Assembly: GCF_052425735.1 (NCBI RefSeq)
Contig: NC_135770.1
Span: 6,324,001 to 6,388,000, forward strand
Length of the DNA: 64,000 nucleotides
Direction of reading: 5' to 3'
Source of the DNA: Oculina patagonica
Taxonomy: Eukaryota
In this document: positions 27,030 through 38,057 of the stretch, one piece after another
Layout of the letters: each line of letters starts with the position of its first letter
How positions within the stretch are numbered: position 1 is the first letter of the stretch
Made by a program: the position numbers and the translations under genes
Notes under the pieces: model-generated
Told to the model about the DNA's origin: nothing
Database searches by the model: none
Seen by the model: the letters and a program-made list of their open reading frames with translations, nothing else

Positions 27030-28257
27030 CGAGTCACATGACTTTTTGAGTACAGAAAAGAATTTGATGTTGTTTAAAAAGCCGTGATTAAAATATTTAA
27101 TGTTACCGCTAATATTTTTCAGATTAAATTCGATGTTTGACTGAGCTTTTTATGCGAGATTAAATGTCACGGCGGTAAGTGTTGTAAATACAGCTGTGAA
27201 AAAACAAATGGGCTATATAAAGACTTCCAGAAAAGCTAGAATTGTCCATGTCGAAGTCTGCGGCAGTAGATTGAACGAAATGTACTAATTTTCACGGCCA
27301 GTGGCCCCTATGTGATAAGTTGTGCTTGTTGCAAACTAGCCTTTAGCCTATTGAAATGCGGTTCAAACTGGCTGAGAAATCCCAAAACTACCTTTAGTTA
27401 AAAATATGTGCACTTTGACTTCAGTGCAGTTTTGGAAAACCGATCCTGGCAACGCTTTATTGATTGTCTAAAAGTATATAAACAAACGTTAGAGCCTTTT
27501 AATTTGCCGTTTTTTTTAAATATGGTTAATTGATTAGAAACTGTTTTAGCTCACTCACACGTTTTCCCTCGCTTCTTGACTTATCCTTACTTCTAGCCTT
27601 TTCATCAGATGTTCGTAATCAGTAAGTTACTAAATAAAATAGAGTTTTTTGGGATTTTTCCAACTGCACCCCGCTGTATTACCTAGTTCTTCTCCGCTTC
27701 ACCTTGGAGACGAAAAACTTAAAAGCTGAATCATAGCTTAACTATATCATTTTAAAACACTTACCCTTCGTTCATGGCGCAGCAACGTTTGCTATCTTTC
27801 GAGCACCTTTTCATGTAGTTAACCCAATCCACTACTGAGCACCCGGTTCAAGTAAAATTTTATTCACTGTTTTTTTTCTTTTTTTCTTTTTTTTCAAATC
27901 ACCTTTAGTGGTTGACAACGGTTAAAATCGACCTGCTCCGTAAACGGATTTGATCTTAATAACATACAACAAAAACTGAACACGTTGCCATTAACTAAAC
28001 AGGATATGCGTATATAAAATGCTGCTTAGCTATAAACGCCGGTTTCAGTGTAAGTAATTTTCTACTTTGTGCTCTCGACAGTCTCAAGAGCGCTTTGTCT
28101 GCGCGCGTCTGAAAAATGTTACTTCGAAGTGGCGCGCAAAACTGGCTGTTCGCTAGAAGGGGAACGTTTTTCTGACCCGTATGGTAAAATAAAGAAAGTG
28201 GTTCATTTTTCTTCATACCTTATTGCATAACACTCCTGTTGAAGATACGCAGCCCAT
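27030..28257 (-). pseudogene. Candidate upstream exons of the acidic-tail gene: an MGCVSS start exon and a stop-interrupted exon
   Basis: 28257-28219 reads MGCVSSTGVLCNK|gtatg. Exon 27193-27030 has a good acceptor and donor and matches the phase of 25524, but contains an in-frame TAA. Intermediate exons are unclear. Confidence 0.3.
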
Positions 28258-29309
28258 GTTTAGTTGTAAAGATGTCAATTGGAAATGATTTTTTTTAGAC
28301 ACTTCGATCGGAAAACAGGTAGACCAGCAGGAGTTCGTAGTACTTAAATATGACTTCTTTATTAAATAAATCGAGTTTTCTAATTGGCTATTAAAATAAA
28401 CAATTTGTTACTGCCATTGCTTATGCGCATAACTGATTTTTAGGTTTTTTTAAAATACCTTGTCAAAAATACTCGTTCAGGCGATTTTGCCATGAATAAA
28501 ATTCCTTTTTTATTATTTAAACCAAAGCACGTCTCAAAGGTCGTGAAAAGTAAAAGTCGTAGAAAGATTGGAACGTGAGACGATTGGTAATCGGTTATTC
28601 ATGACCTATTAATTATTAACTTAAAAGAATCTGTTAACAATTACAAAACGTGTTTCAAATTTATTGTGTATTAACTCCACCTTGATTTAAAGACATTTTG
28701 TAACCGCATACCCTAGCAACGCTGATAGCAACAATTGTTTACGGTCGATAAAGTACTCACAAAATGAAACTCAAGGAAACGCCTTACTATCCCATACAAC
28801 GAAAAATCTGCATAAGTAAAAACAAGCTGCTATGGGTGAAAGCAAACACGTATAAAGAAAATTTCTTGGTTGAAAAATTCAGGTCTCAAAGCGGTTTAGG
28901 CCTCCGGGGCCAAAAACGGCGAGCTCCAGGGCTTTGAATTCATTCCTAAATGCTGTCGTTAAGTTTCCTCTCGATCGCTACAATATTACACAACGTTAAT
29001 TGTTGAACAGCGACAATGGGATTGCATATTTACTGCTGTCCAACTGCAGCAAATTTATAAAGAAAAATGTGTTATTTGCATGTTGGTGAGTCCATAACTA
29101 ACGTATCACATTAATTCCCCGCAATTCTAATTTGCGCAATAACCAACATGATCTAACATTACTTTTTTTTTCAAAAAACGTGAGCTGTTAGTGTTTTTCT
29201 CACCCCCACCACTCCCACTGTCTTCCATTCTTTGACCAAACTTATCATTGTACCGAAAATTGTCTTTTATTAACGTTAATTTTTTGACCAAATTACTGAA
29301 AATTATTTA

Positions 29310-29478
29310 CAGCAAGGCGCCCAAATGTGTGACCACTTTTAATTTATTCACATTCTTTCGTGCAGATTTAATCCAATCAAAAGCCGTGGATCGCTTGCAG
29401 TTGACTTCTGATTGGATTAAATCTGCGCGTAAGAATGTGAATAAATTAAAAGTGGTCACACATTTGGGCGCCTTGCTG
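29310..29478. mobile_element. Fold-back MITE (Tc1/mariner-like CAG...CTG ends)
   Basis: ~70-bp near-perfect inverted arms CAGCAAGGCGCCCAAATGTGTGACCAC..., preceded by TA. Confidence 0.8.
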
Positions 29479-31163
29479 TTGTGAAACGTCATCGCTTCCT
29501 CTGAATGCATTGCGTGCCATTTATTCGTATTTTAAGGGACGATTTGTAAAGAATGGCTTCCCGCTGCAAATGGCTTTCAACCGAATGATACGCATAGTGA
29601 CAAAAATCGTCTTCCGTTTTTTTTTACAAACACAGACAAAAGAGCAAAATTTACCGATATTTCGGGGTTATTTTTCAATAAAAACAGTTCCCACTCTTGC
29701 TTGTTGGATATGAGATGATCTGTGACAATGAGGCTTACATGGCTTTCATGTACCATCTCATATCCAATGCACGCTCGTGAAATATTTCTTAATGCAGCGA
29801 GTGCACAAATTTTATGATAAAATATAACCAAGAGGCTCTGTAGAATCACTCCTTTATTTACATACATAAGGGGCGGTCATTATTTAAAAGGTGGGAAGTG
29901 CTGGTGCAATTAGGGGGAAGGGTCTATGATTTTTATGCAGGGAAAAAGCAGGGCAGGGGGGATTTATTTATGCATGCATGTTTCAGAGGTTTATTGGAGT
30001 GAGTGGCTAGAAGAGGAAAGGGTCAGCACGAAAAGTACTTTGCAGAAGGGAAGGGTCAGAAGAATTTGAACTCAGGCTCCCTCCATTTGCACCAGCAATC
30101 CCCTGTTACCCTCTGTTTATTTTTATAATTAATAATAAATAATGACTAGTCCCACTGTAAGTGTACAAAATCTGCATGTACCTCTCCAAAGACATGTGTT
30201 TCTCAGTCTTGCCTGGCTTTCCTTCTATGAATTCCACACTGAGAAAATGCCATCCTGGCGATGTAGCTCTACCGCTACTGCTACTACTACTGCTACAACT
30301 GATAATGATCATAATAATAAATAATTGATTAAATTATAAAGAAAGAAGACAGAAAGAAGAAAGAAAGAACACCTGAACGCAGCTTTAAAGTTCATTAAGT
30401 GAGAAACAAATAAGATTACAGTGTAAATAAAACAGTCAGCAATAAAATATGAATTAAACTCGTTCTCAATTTAAGGTTGCCTATATTTACATTTATAATG
30501 ATTTTTGTTTTAACAAGTGGTATACATGTGAGAATTGAGGGCTTTAACTGGATTTGAATCGTGGTTGTGAGGTCATCAGGCTCGATTTCCAGTTGTTTTG
30601 GGAGTCTGCTGGTTGTAAGGAACATGGGCTCACAAAATGGCTGGAAAACAATTCTACGATGAGGTCAATGGAATCCATTTGAACGACTAAGTTTTAATTG
30701 TAAACACACCTAATCAAGTAGAATTTCATTTGAGTTCCCAAAGACATTCACTACGAATTTTATGCCTTGTGAACTTGTGCAAGCATTTAAATGTAGTACC
30801 ATACAGACCATACAGTGTATCTTAACATTTCTAAAATTTTATCCAAAATATTTAATATAGATTCCATGATTTAGTGGATTGAAATGCTAAAATGTTGGTG
30901 ATATGCATTTAAAATTTATAAATTAAACAAATTATTACTAATTTAATCAGAAAAAATGAATTGAAGTAGATGGTAATAGCTTAAACATTCTCTGAATAAC
31001 TGGTCCTGAATAATATATGCAATGTATTTTATGACGTGAAATAATTTCACAATAATATATACAATATGTACAAAGTCTGCCTTGGTTCCAAGGTGGGTAG
31101 TCTGTGACTATTATAACTTAGAACTGCGTTTTAAGTTGGTCTTAATATTTAACTCCACTGAAT

Positions 31164-34100
31164 TTAATCAAAGCCTCCTCCGCCATCAAAGTCTCCTCCA
31201 CCATCAAACCCCCCTCCACCATCAAATCCGCCACCGTCATCAAATCCACCACCACCGTCAAACCCACCGCCTCCGCCATCACCATAATGTTCATGATATT
31301 CAGGGCCTCCATGATGATGGTGCTCGTGAAAGTGATCTCCGCCACCATGAAAGTGGTCATGATCATGCACATGAATATGTGCGCCATGGCCGTAACCATA
31401 GTAATGAGGCCCGTGCATGGCGTTTGCCATAACTGCACCAGCTGCCATCCCTACTAAAAGGTCTCCACCTCTGTCTCTGTCTTGAACAACTACTGTCTGA
31501 GGTTGCTGAATGACGCCAGGTTGTCCATATCCCACAGGCTGACCAGGGTAGCGCTGGTTGTAGTAACCTGGTGGAGGTCCACGTTGCTGTGGATATCTGG
31601 CTTGTTGTGGATAGGCTGAAGGATATTGTTGCACTGAAAAATTAATAGATAATGAAGCTGTAACAAGATGGAATAAAACATCTCCCAAACAAAGGTTCAG
31701 GTGTTGCCAATTAAGTTACCATTCCTCTACTCACCAAAAGTGTAGCAAACTACATTAATTTTGCACATACATTAAAAGAAAGGCCTGGCAAAAATTTTCA
31801 ATATTAACACTCACCTACAGTTTGTGTTCCTGCATACTGAGGTGTTACAACTGTTTGTTGAGATGTTACCTTAACCAAACAAAAGAAGAAAATTCAATAG
31901 AGGAATTTCATAGTGACCTACAAATTATTCCAATTCTCCGTCAAAATTAGCCCATCTTTTCTTCTCTTGCTAAAGCATCTAATGTAAAACATGTCTTTTT
32001 TCTTTAGACATCCTGCTCCCTTGTATTTGTTCTCATTAAAAATTCATAATGGTTTATATTTTGCTTACACTCTCAACAAACTTTCGAAAAAATAGGGGTC
32101 TGTGAACAGCATACGCCAAGGTTTACCTAGAATCTTATTAGCCACCAGCTCACTTTATATGTATCCCACGTCACAGATCAAAAGTTTGTGATGTGTGGCT
32201 GACGTTCTTTTTACAAATAGGTGTGAAAAAGTCAAGTTGGCACTTCATACATGTATTATTTTTATTGCCAGCTACCTCTAATGATGCCATTCAGCATTCT
32301 GGTGATGCCATTTGGCATGAGTGAGATGATGCTATTGGCTGGAATGGCACTAGTTGGCTTGCGGTTAGCCTCGATTTATTGGTTTGGGCAACACTATTGC
32401 CTTAATGAACGAATAAAAGCTAACCACAAGCAAACCTGTGGAAAATAAGAGCTATTTGGTCATTCTGCCGACTAGGGTTACCCATCAAATAACTTTGTTG
32501 CTGACAGCCATAGCACATCTGTGTTCAATCTCATTCCCAGAGCCTACAACTGTACCTTCCCTTTGACCAGCCATTGAGAAACTCAACAGCTCTGGGCTTA
32601 AATGCAAAACCAGAACCAGGAAATCCTTGTTCCGGTTTGATTGTGCACATGTGCCAGAGATTGTGGTGAAACGAACAAATTTTCAACAGCCAATAAGATT
32701 CAGTCGCCTTTGTGGCGGGCTTTCAGATTAGCCCAGAGGTTCCGATCCCTGGCGCAGACACGAATGAGCGCAGTCTCTGGGGACGAGATTGATCCATGTT
32801 CCCAAATGCCAGAATTTTGACAGTGGCTATAATGACCCAGATGCATTGCCATTATATATACTTTGATAAAGTATATGGCATATTAAAAATAATGAACACA
32901 TTCACTGATTTTTGTATGTTGTCCACACAAGGAATCACCTTGGCATAATTAAATACAAAAGGAATTGTGCTTCATACTATGTAGCAGTCATAATTCCCTG
33001 GGTGATGACAACATATAAGCACGAATTTGAATCCTTCTTTTGCTTACATCGCTAGACCAAACTGACTATAACAAATTTAAATCCACATGTGGATGGAACA
33101 TTTAATACACCAACACTGAGTATAAGTTTTGGTTTTCAAATAACTAGTGAAAATGACAGCATTTATCGGTAACCAAGTTCTTGTGGTATCCGGTCACCTC
33201 GCCACCAGGGAATCTCGCAACCAACCAACTCGCCACCAGGGAATCTCGCAACAAACCAACTCGCCACCAAAACTGGTGTTTTCTTCGTTCTTTAATCAAT
33301 GAGCCGAGGTGACTTCGCTTGGTGGCGAGTAGACTGTCCACAGCCTCTCTATTTTACACAACGCGAGAGAATAACGCAAGAGAATCTGCGAGCGAAGCGA
33401 GGGCGAAGTGAAGCCGGAAGGGGGAGGGGGGCTGGAAGCGAGGGGAAGCGAGCGAAGCGAAAAATAACATTTTCATCTTCTTGCAGTTGTTTCGCCGTAG
33501 CATACAATTGATAGATGAGGCTTTTCCCGAAGCCAGTCGGTAGTATTCCTACAACGTCTTTCGAAGGGTGGTGGACAAAACACTGACCCCCAGTCCATGG
33601 ACTACCCCCATGGACTACCCAAATGGACTACCTAAAATGGACTACCCCTAAAAATGGACTACCCTTAAAGTACTATTCCGAGTGTGTACCACTTACTGAG
33701 CTGTTGTTATACACACATAATTTGCACTTACGTCTTACCTTGTTTATTTTCAAGCCGTACGTATCCCTCTCGCCGCCATTTTGAATATATTATACTAAAT
33801 GAACATCCGCTGATCATGAAAGTGTAGACTCAAATCAAGCAATCAATCTTTGGACTCATAGAGACAGACAAACCAGGCACTGCACTGCACTACAGAAGAT
33901 CCAAACTTTTATAAATAGTATCAGATAGTTGCTTGAGACGCATCTTAAACATTTGGTAGCCAGAGAAAATTTTTGAATGAATAACTTTGGCAGCGCAGCG
34001 AGGAGAACAGAACCGGTAGGCAGACAGATCCTGAGGAAAAAATAGTGCTGAGTCTGGGCATGAGTCTTCGCTTTTTGAGGTCAGCAGATGTATAGTGTAA

Positions 34101-35352
34101 TTCATTTAAAATGGCGGCTAAAGTTGTCGAAAGTAACCGAAGTAAGTGCAAATTATGTGCGTATAACAACAGCTCAGTAAGTAGTACACACTCGGAATAG
34201 TACTTTAAGGGGTAGTCCATTTTTTAGGGGTAGTCCATTTTAGGTAGTCCATTTGAGTAGTCCATGGGGTAGTCCATGGGGGTAGTCCATGGACTGGGGG
34301 TCAGTGTTTTGTCCACCACCCTTTCGAAGAAAGAAGGTGGCGAACAGCCTCTTTCTGCTCGTCTTTGAGAGACGAAACGTTTGGAAATTTCACCAACGAG
34401 CGCTCCAATAATTCATCCATCGCAAATAGAAATCACAGCAGCACAGCATGTCAGGAGTGATGACAACTCGAGCAAACCACAAGACGTGCCTGCAAGCAAT
34501 CATGATCGGCCATTCTCAAGGCGATGATACTTTTGCCGCCTCTCAGCCAATGGGAATTTTCCGTTTCTGGAGAAACGGGAAATTCAATATTTTCAAAGAT
34601 GTCTATGGCCCCTCTATTTTTTCGCTCCCCGCCCCCCTCCCCCTTGCCTCTTCCATTTTGCGCTCGCGTCCAGTTCTCTCGCCATTCTCACTGCGCTCAT
34701 CGATCGAAAAAAACACACGAAAAAATAGAGGGCTGTGGACAGTCTAGGTTGCGAGTTGGTTGGTGGCAAGATTGCTTGGTGGTGAGGTGACCGGCATTAA
34801 AATTGCCATGTTTGGAAATAAATATACCACTGATTTACAATTTAGAATTCCTTCTTGATTTTGTGGCTCGTTTGGCTCGGCAGTGGGTGAAAAGATCGTG
34901 TATATCTTGTGGCTCCTTTGGCTCGGCAGTGGATGAAAGAACGAGAAATTATTGTATTGTGCGTTATTGCATTGTGCACTAAGTCTTCGGTGTGTAGATT
35001 TAATGGCTCGTTTGGCTCGGCAGTGGAAGTATTCGGTGTAAAGATTAAGTGGCTCGTTTGGCTCGGCAGTGACTACCGAGCCAAACGAGCCACCAGATTT
35101 TTCCGTCTTCAGTAGTGGCCCTGTATTCTGTAGTTATGCCCAAGCTGGCTAGGGAAAAAATTATCACGCCGTGGAGAAATTGTATTGACTTGGACAAATA
35201 ATACGAAGGGTTCAATTCTTCGAAGCCGATCTATTCGTTCAATTTCAGAAAGGCTGAAACATTTGCCCATCAATGTTGGATTAAAACAGAGAAAATATAG
35301 ATATTTTAAAGCAACTTACTACTGCTCCTTGCGAAGATGAACCGCAGCCCAT
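31164..35352 (-). CDS. Uncharacterised 185-aa low-complexity protein: MGCGSS acylation motif, P/Q/Y-rich region, small-residue hydrophobic segment, His-rich tract, (GGGGFD)6 tail
   Basis: Exons 35352-35320 (MGCGSSSQGAV|gtaagt), 31869-31815 and 31633-31164; 558 nt in frame with canonical splice sites. Confidence 0.8.
33332..34744. mobile_element. Middle MITE (TA-flanked)
   Basis: TA|GACTGTCCACAGCCTCTCTATTTT ... AAAATAGAGGGCTGTGGACAGTC|TA. Confidence 0.75.
33567..34320. mobile_element. Inner Mutator-like non-autonomous element with long TIRs and 9-bp TSD
   Basis: ~200-bp TIRs starting GGTGGTGGACAAAACACTGACCCCC with TGGACTACCC tandem units. CTTTCGAAG is duplicated at 33558-33566 and 34321-34329. 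Confidence 0.85.
34863..35093. repeat. Four direct copies plus one inverted copy of a 22-bp motif (MITE remnant)
   Basis: GTGGCTCGTTTGGCTCGGCAGT at 34863, 34909, ~35002 and 35049; inverted at 35072-35093. Confidence 0.7.
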
Positions 35353-35880
35353 GAAGAAACGATTCCTAGAGGCAATCCAGCATCGCAGAAATTCACATTT
35401 ACCTAAAATCTGAAATAATATTTAACGAAGACAATCGAGCAGAAGAACTTTTGTTGACATGCGCCTGCGTAAGTTGAAGACTCCATGGCGGGAAACCATG
35501 GCAACACTTTGGAAAGCAAAGAAACATGACGTGTTATTTGCATTTCATTTATTGTGTTTCACCAAAGTTGCGTAAACTGGCACAAGAACATCGATTTGTG
35601 ACGTGAATATGCCTACCAAAAACTGGAGGGAAAAATTGATACGATCCACAGACTCAACCGGGAAGAGGGGGGAGGGGAGGGGGGGGGGGGGGGGAAGGTT
35701 GAAGTGGGAGCATGTGGGAGTTTGAATAAATTGTGGTGGCGAGGACCGTAACTCGAAGTTGCAAATTCGGTCTTAAATTTTACTCATCTCCTGAATCAAT
35801 TCTACACAAACTAACGTTTACAACCATCCATAAATGGTAGATAGACTCTAGATAGGTAATAAATCTCGATTCTAAAGTGC

Positions 35881-36274
35881 AAGAATGGGCCGATATTCGA
35901 TACACCGATATTTTGACAATTTTGAAAAGTATCGATACTTTCGAAAACATCGCACCTTCGATACGTTGGTGATACTGCCCACGTGACTTGCGGTCTTCCG
36001 GTCAGCACCTGAGGTTTAAAACTGCAATTTTTCTCAAACAAATAGTGTTGGCAATATTTGAATTTTTCTTTTACCTTGACTTGATGTCCACACGTTAATG
36101 ATGCAACAGTGAAACAAAAAGACAAAAAAACCAACATTCCTTTGTATGGTCAGGCAAATCAGCCTGTCACGGGACGAAACAATGACGTTAGGAGGAAATG
36201 ACGTCATAATATCGATAGAAAAAGAAATATCGATATCGTATCGTTTTGAAAAAAACCTGTATCGGCCCATCCTT
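35881..36274. mobile_element. MITE rich in TATCGATA motifs
   Basis: Inverted ends AAGAATGGGCCGATA / TATCGGCCCATCCTT. Confidence 0.6.
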
Positions 36275-36690
36275 ACTAAAGTGATTCTAAATTGATTCTA
36301 AAGTTACTGTTCGCCGATTGGGCAAAATAATAAAGGAAATACAAAGGATATTCTTCGCCGAATTTTTTTCCACCAGTATTGCCTTTCCCTCGCCCTCACT
36401 AACTGGCCCTGGGTCTCCGAGGATGTTGGAGGCTTTGATCTCAGAGGTTAATGGAATTTCTAGATCTTCCATATTTGCCAAATTCGATCGCGATTACGAT
36501 GAAGAAAGCAGAAGAAAATTTCTGGGAACGGTACAGTCAGGTGCTAGATTTAAGTTCGTAATAAGAAAGTACGGCGTTAAATGCACGTGTTAATATAAAA
36601 GCATAAAACTACCGTGATGACGAAGATATTTTAGTAATAAGCACCCTATTCCAGTAAACGCTTCTTATTCCGATAAGTGCATTTCTACAA

Positions 36691-37039
36691 TACCGTAAAA
36701 TACCGAAAATAACTCCTGGGCTCGTGTTTGCCCCAAGTCTTTTTCAGATGGGCTTTTTTTTTAGGGAGGAGCTTTATACGGGGGAGGGGGCCTATTTTCG
36801 GATGGAAATTTGCGTTTCAAAAAAGAAGTCCTATTCTCGTTAACTGAATATTACAGGCTTCTGAACGTACTTTTACAAAGTAAAATTCAAAAATGCGATA
36901 AGGGCTTATGAAAAAGTTGTATCTTTAAGAAATAAGCCCATTGGCTTATCATCAGAAGGAACTTTATTGTGTCTAGGATCTGCATTGGGAAGCTTACTTA
37001 CGGAGGGGGAGGGGGGTTACTTTCGAAATTTTACGATAT
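36691..37039. mobile_element. Degenerate TA-CCGTA MITE
   Basis: TACCGTAAAATACCGAAAATAA / TTACTTTCGAAATTTTACGATA. Confidence 0.55.
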
Positions 37040-38057
37040 GTTTCAATCCAATATCAGTTCCCAGTGTGCCCAGTTTAGTTTCAGTTTCGAGCTGAGAAAT
37101 ATTTGTTTTCTTAGTTAAGAATTCATTTAACAAAGCCATTACATCAGAGCAGAATTAACCAAACCCACGGCTTGGGCATTTCAGAGATTTCAAGGTAAAA
37201 AGTAAAATTAGCGTCTACCCTGCCTCTATTAAGGACCCACTCTTGATCGAGCTGGAATTATTAATTAAGCGCCCCGGATGCTAAATCAAAATTTTAACGT
37301 ATTGTAAAAGAAGTCTTCCCAGCAGTTTAGTTTGGTTCATTTTAAAAGATTTTTTTTTTTGCTTTTCTAAAGTACAAACATAATCTTATCTAAATAACAA
37401 CTACTAAAAGACCTACAACAAAAAAAACATTATTTCAAGGCAAATCACTTTCTTTCAAAGATCTTGACTTTATGTTACCTCTAATTAACACGATCAGCTA
37501 ACCAGAATATTGTATGTGAGCTGACTTCATTACTTGTTGAATTATCATTTTGTTAATAAGTGACGATAGGGAGACTAATGAATCAATAAAACTTAATTAC
37601 CATGGGACTTATAATAAGCTGGATATAAACTTTTAAGTGTGTACGGAACATGTTTCAATTTTCGTGTAGCTGCAAAATTAATGTAAAAGATACTCGCAAT
37701 TCTAGGACAATCAAATCTTTTATCCTAAAACATAATCCACTGTTTGTCTAGAGATTTGTCTGTATTTCTCTAAAAACATCTCCAACTAGGGTTAATTTAC
37801 AAGTGCAATTCCATCAACCGTAAATTCTCAACTGCTATTAAAACCAGCAAGTTTATGAAGTATTTTTTACTGTTGTAGTTAAAAAGCATAAAGCACTATT
37901 TTGACGTTCCAGCTATAACCTCTGTGATTACGACTCTTCCTTGACGCTCACTGAATTAATTTATAACTGAAATCAACTTAGGTTCACATGATCTGAATGA
38001 CATCAAATGAGTTCTTTTGATTATACTAACATTAGCTGTGAGGTCAAGCTATTAACC

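Larger units (their letters stand above)
33190..34794. mobile_element. Outer MITE of a triple-nested cluster
   Basis: CCGGTCACCTCGCCACCA / TGGTGGTGAGGTGACCGG inverted ends with CTCGCCACC repeats. Confidence 0.75.

Noticed and set aside
27030-27800. Selenocysteine or stop-readthrough explanation for in-frame stops
   Set aside because: The stops include TAA and TAG and no SECIS was recognised; decay is the simpler explanation.
29248-29510. Two opposing ORFs with near-identical peptides
   Set aside because: An artefact of the fold-back MITE palindrome.
31164-31688. ORF-track start (MGDVLFHL...) as the real N-terminus
   Set aside because: It begins at a non-ATG codon within an intron; the acceptor at 31634 and two upstream exons give a better model.
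34863-35093. CRISPR-like array of 22-bp repeats with spacers
   Set aside because: Spacer lengths are irregular, the last copy is inverted, there are no cas genes and the context is a eukaryotic intron; it fits a MITE remnant.
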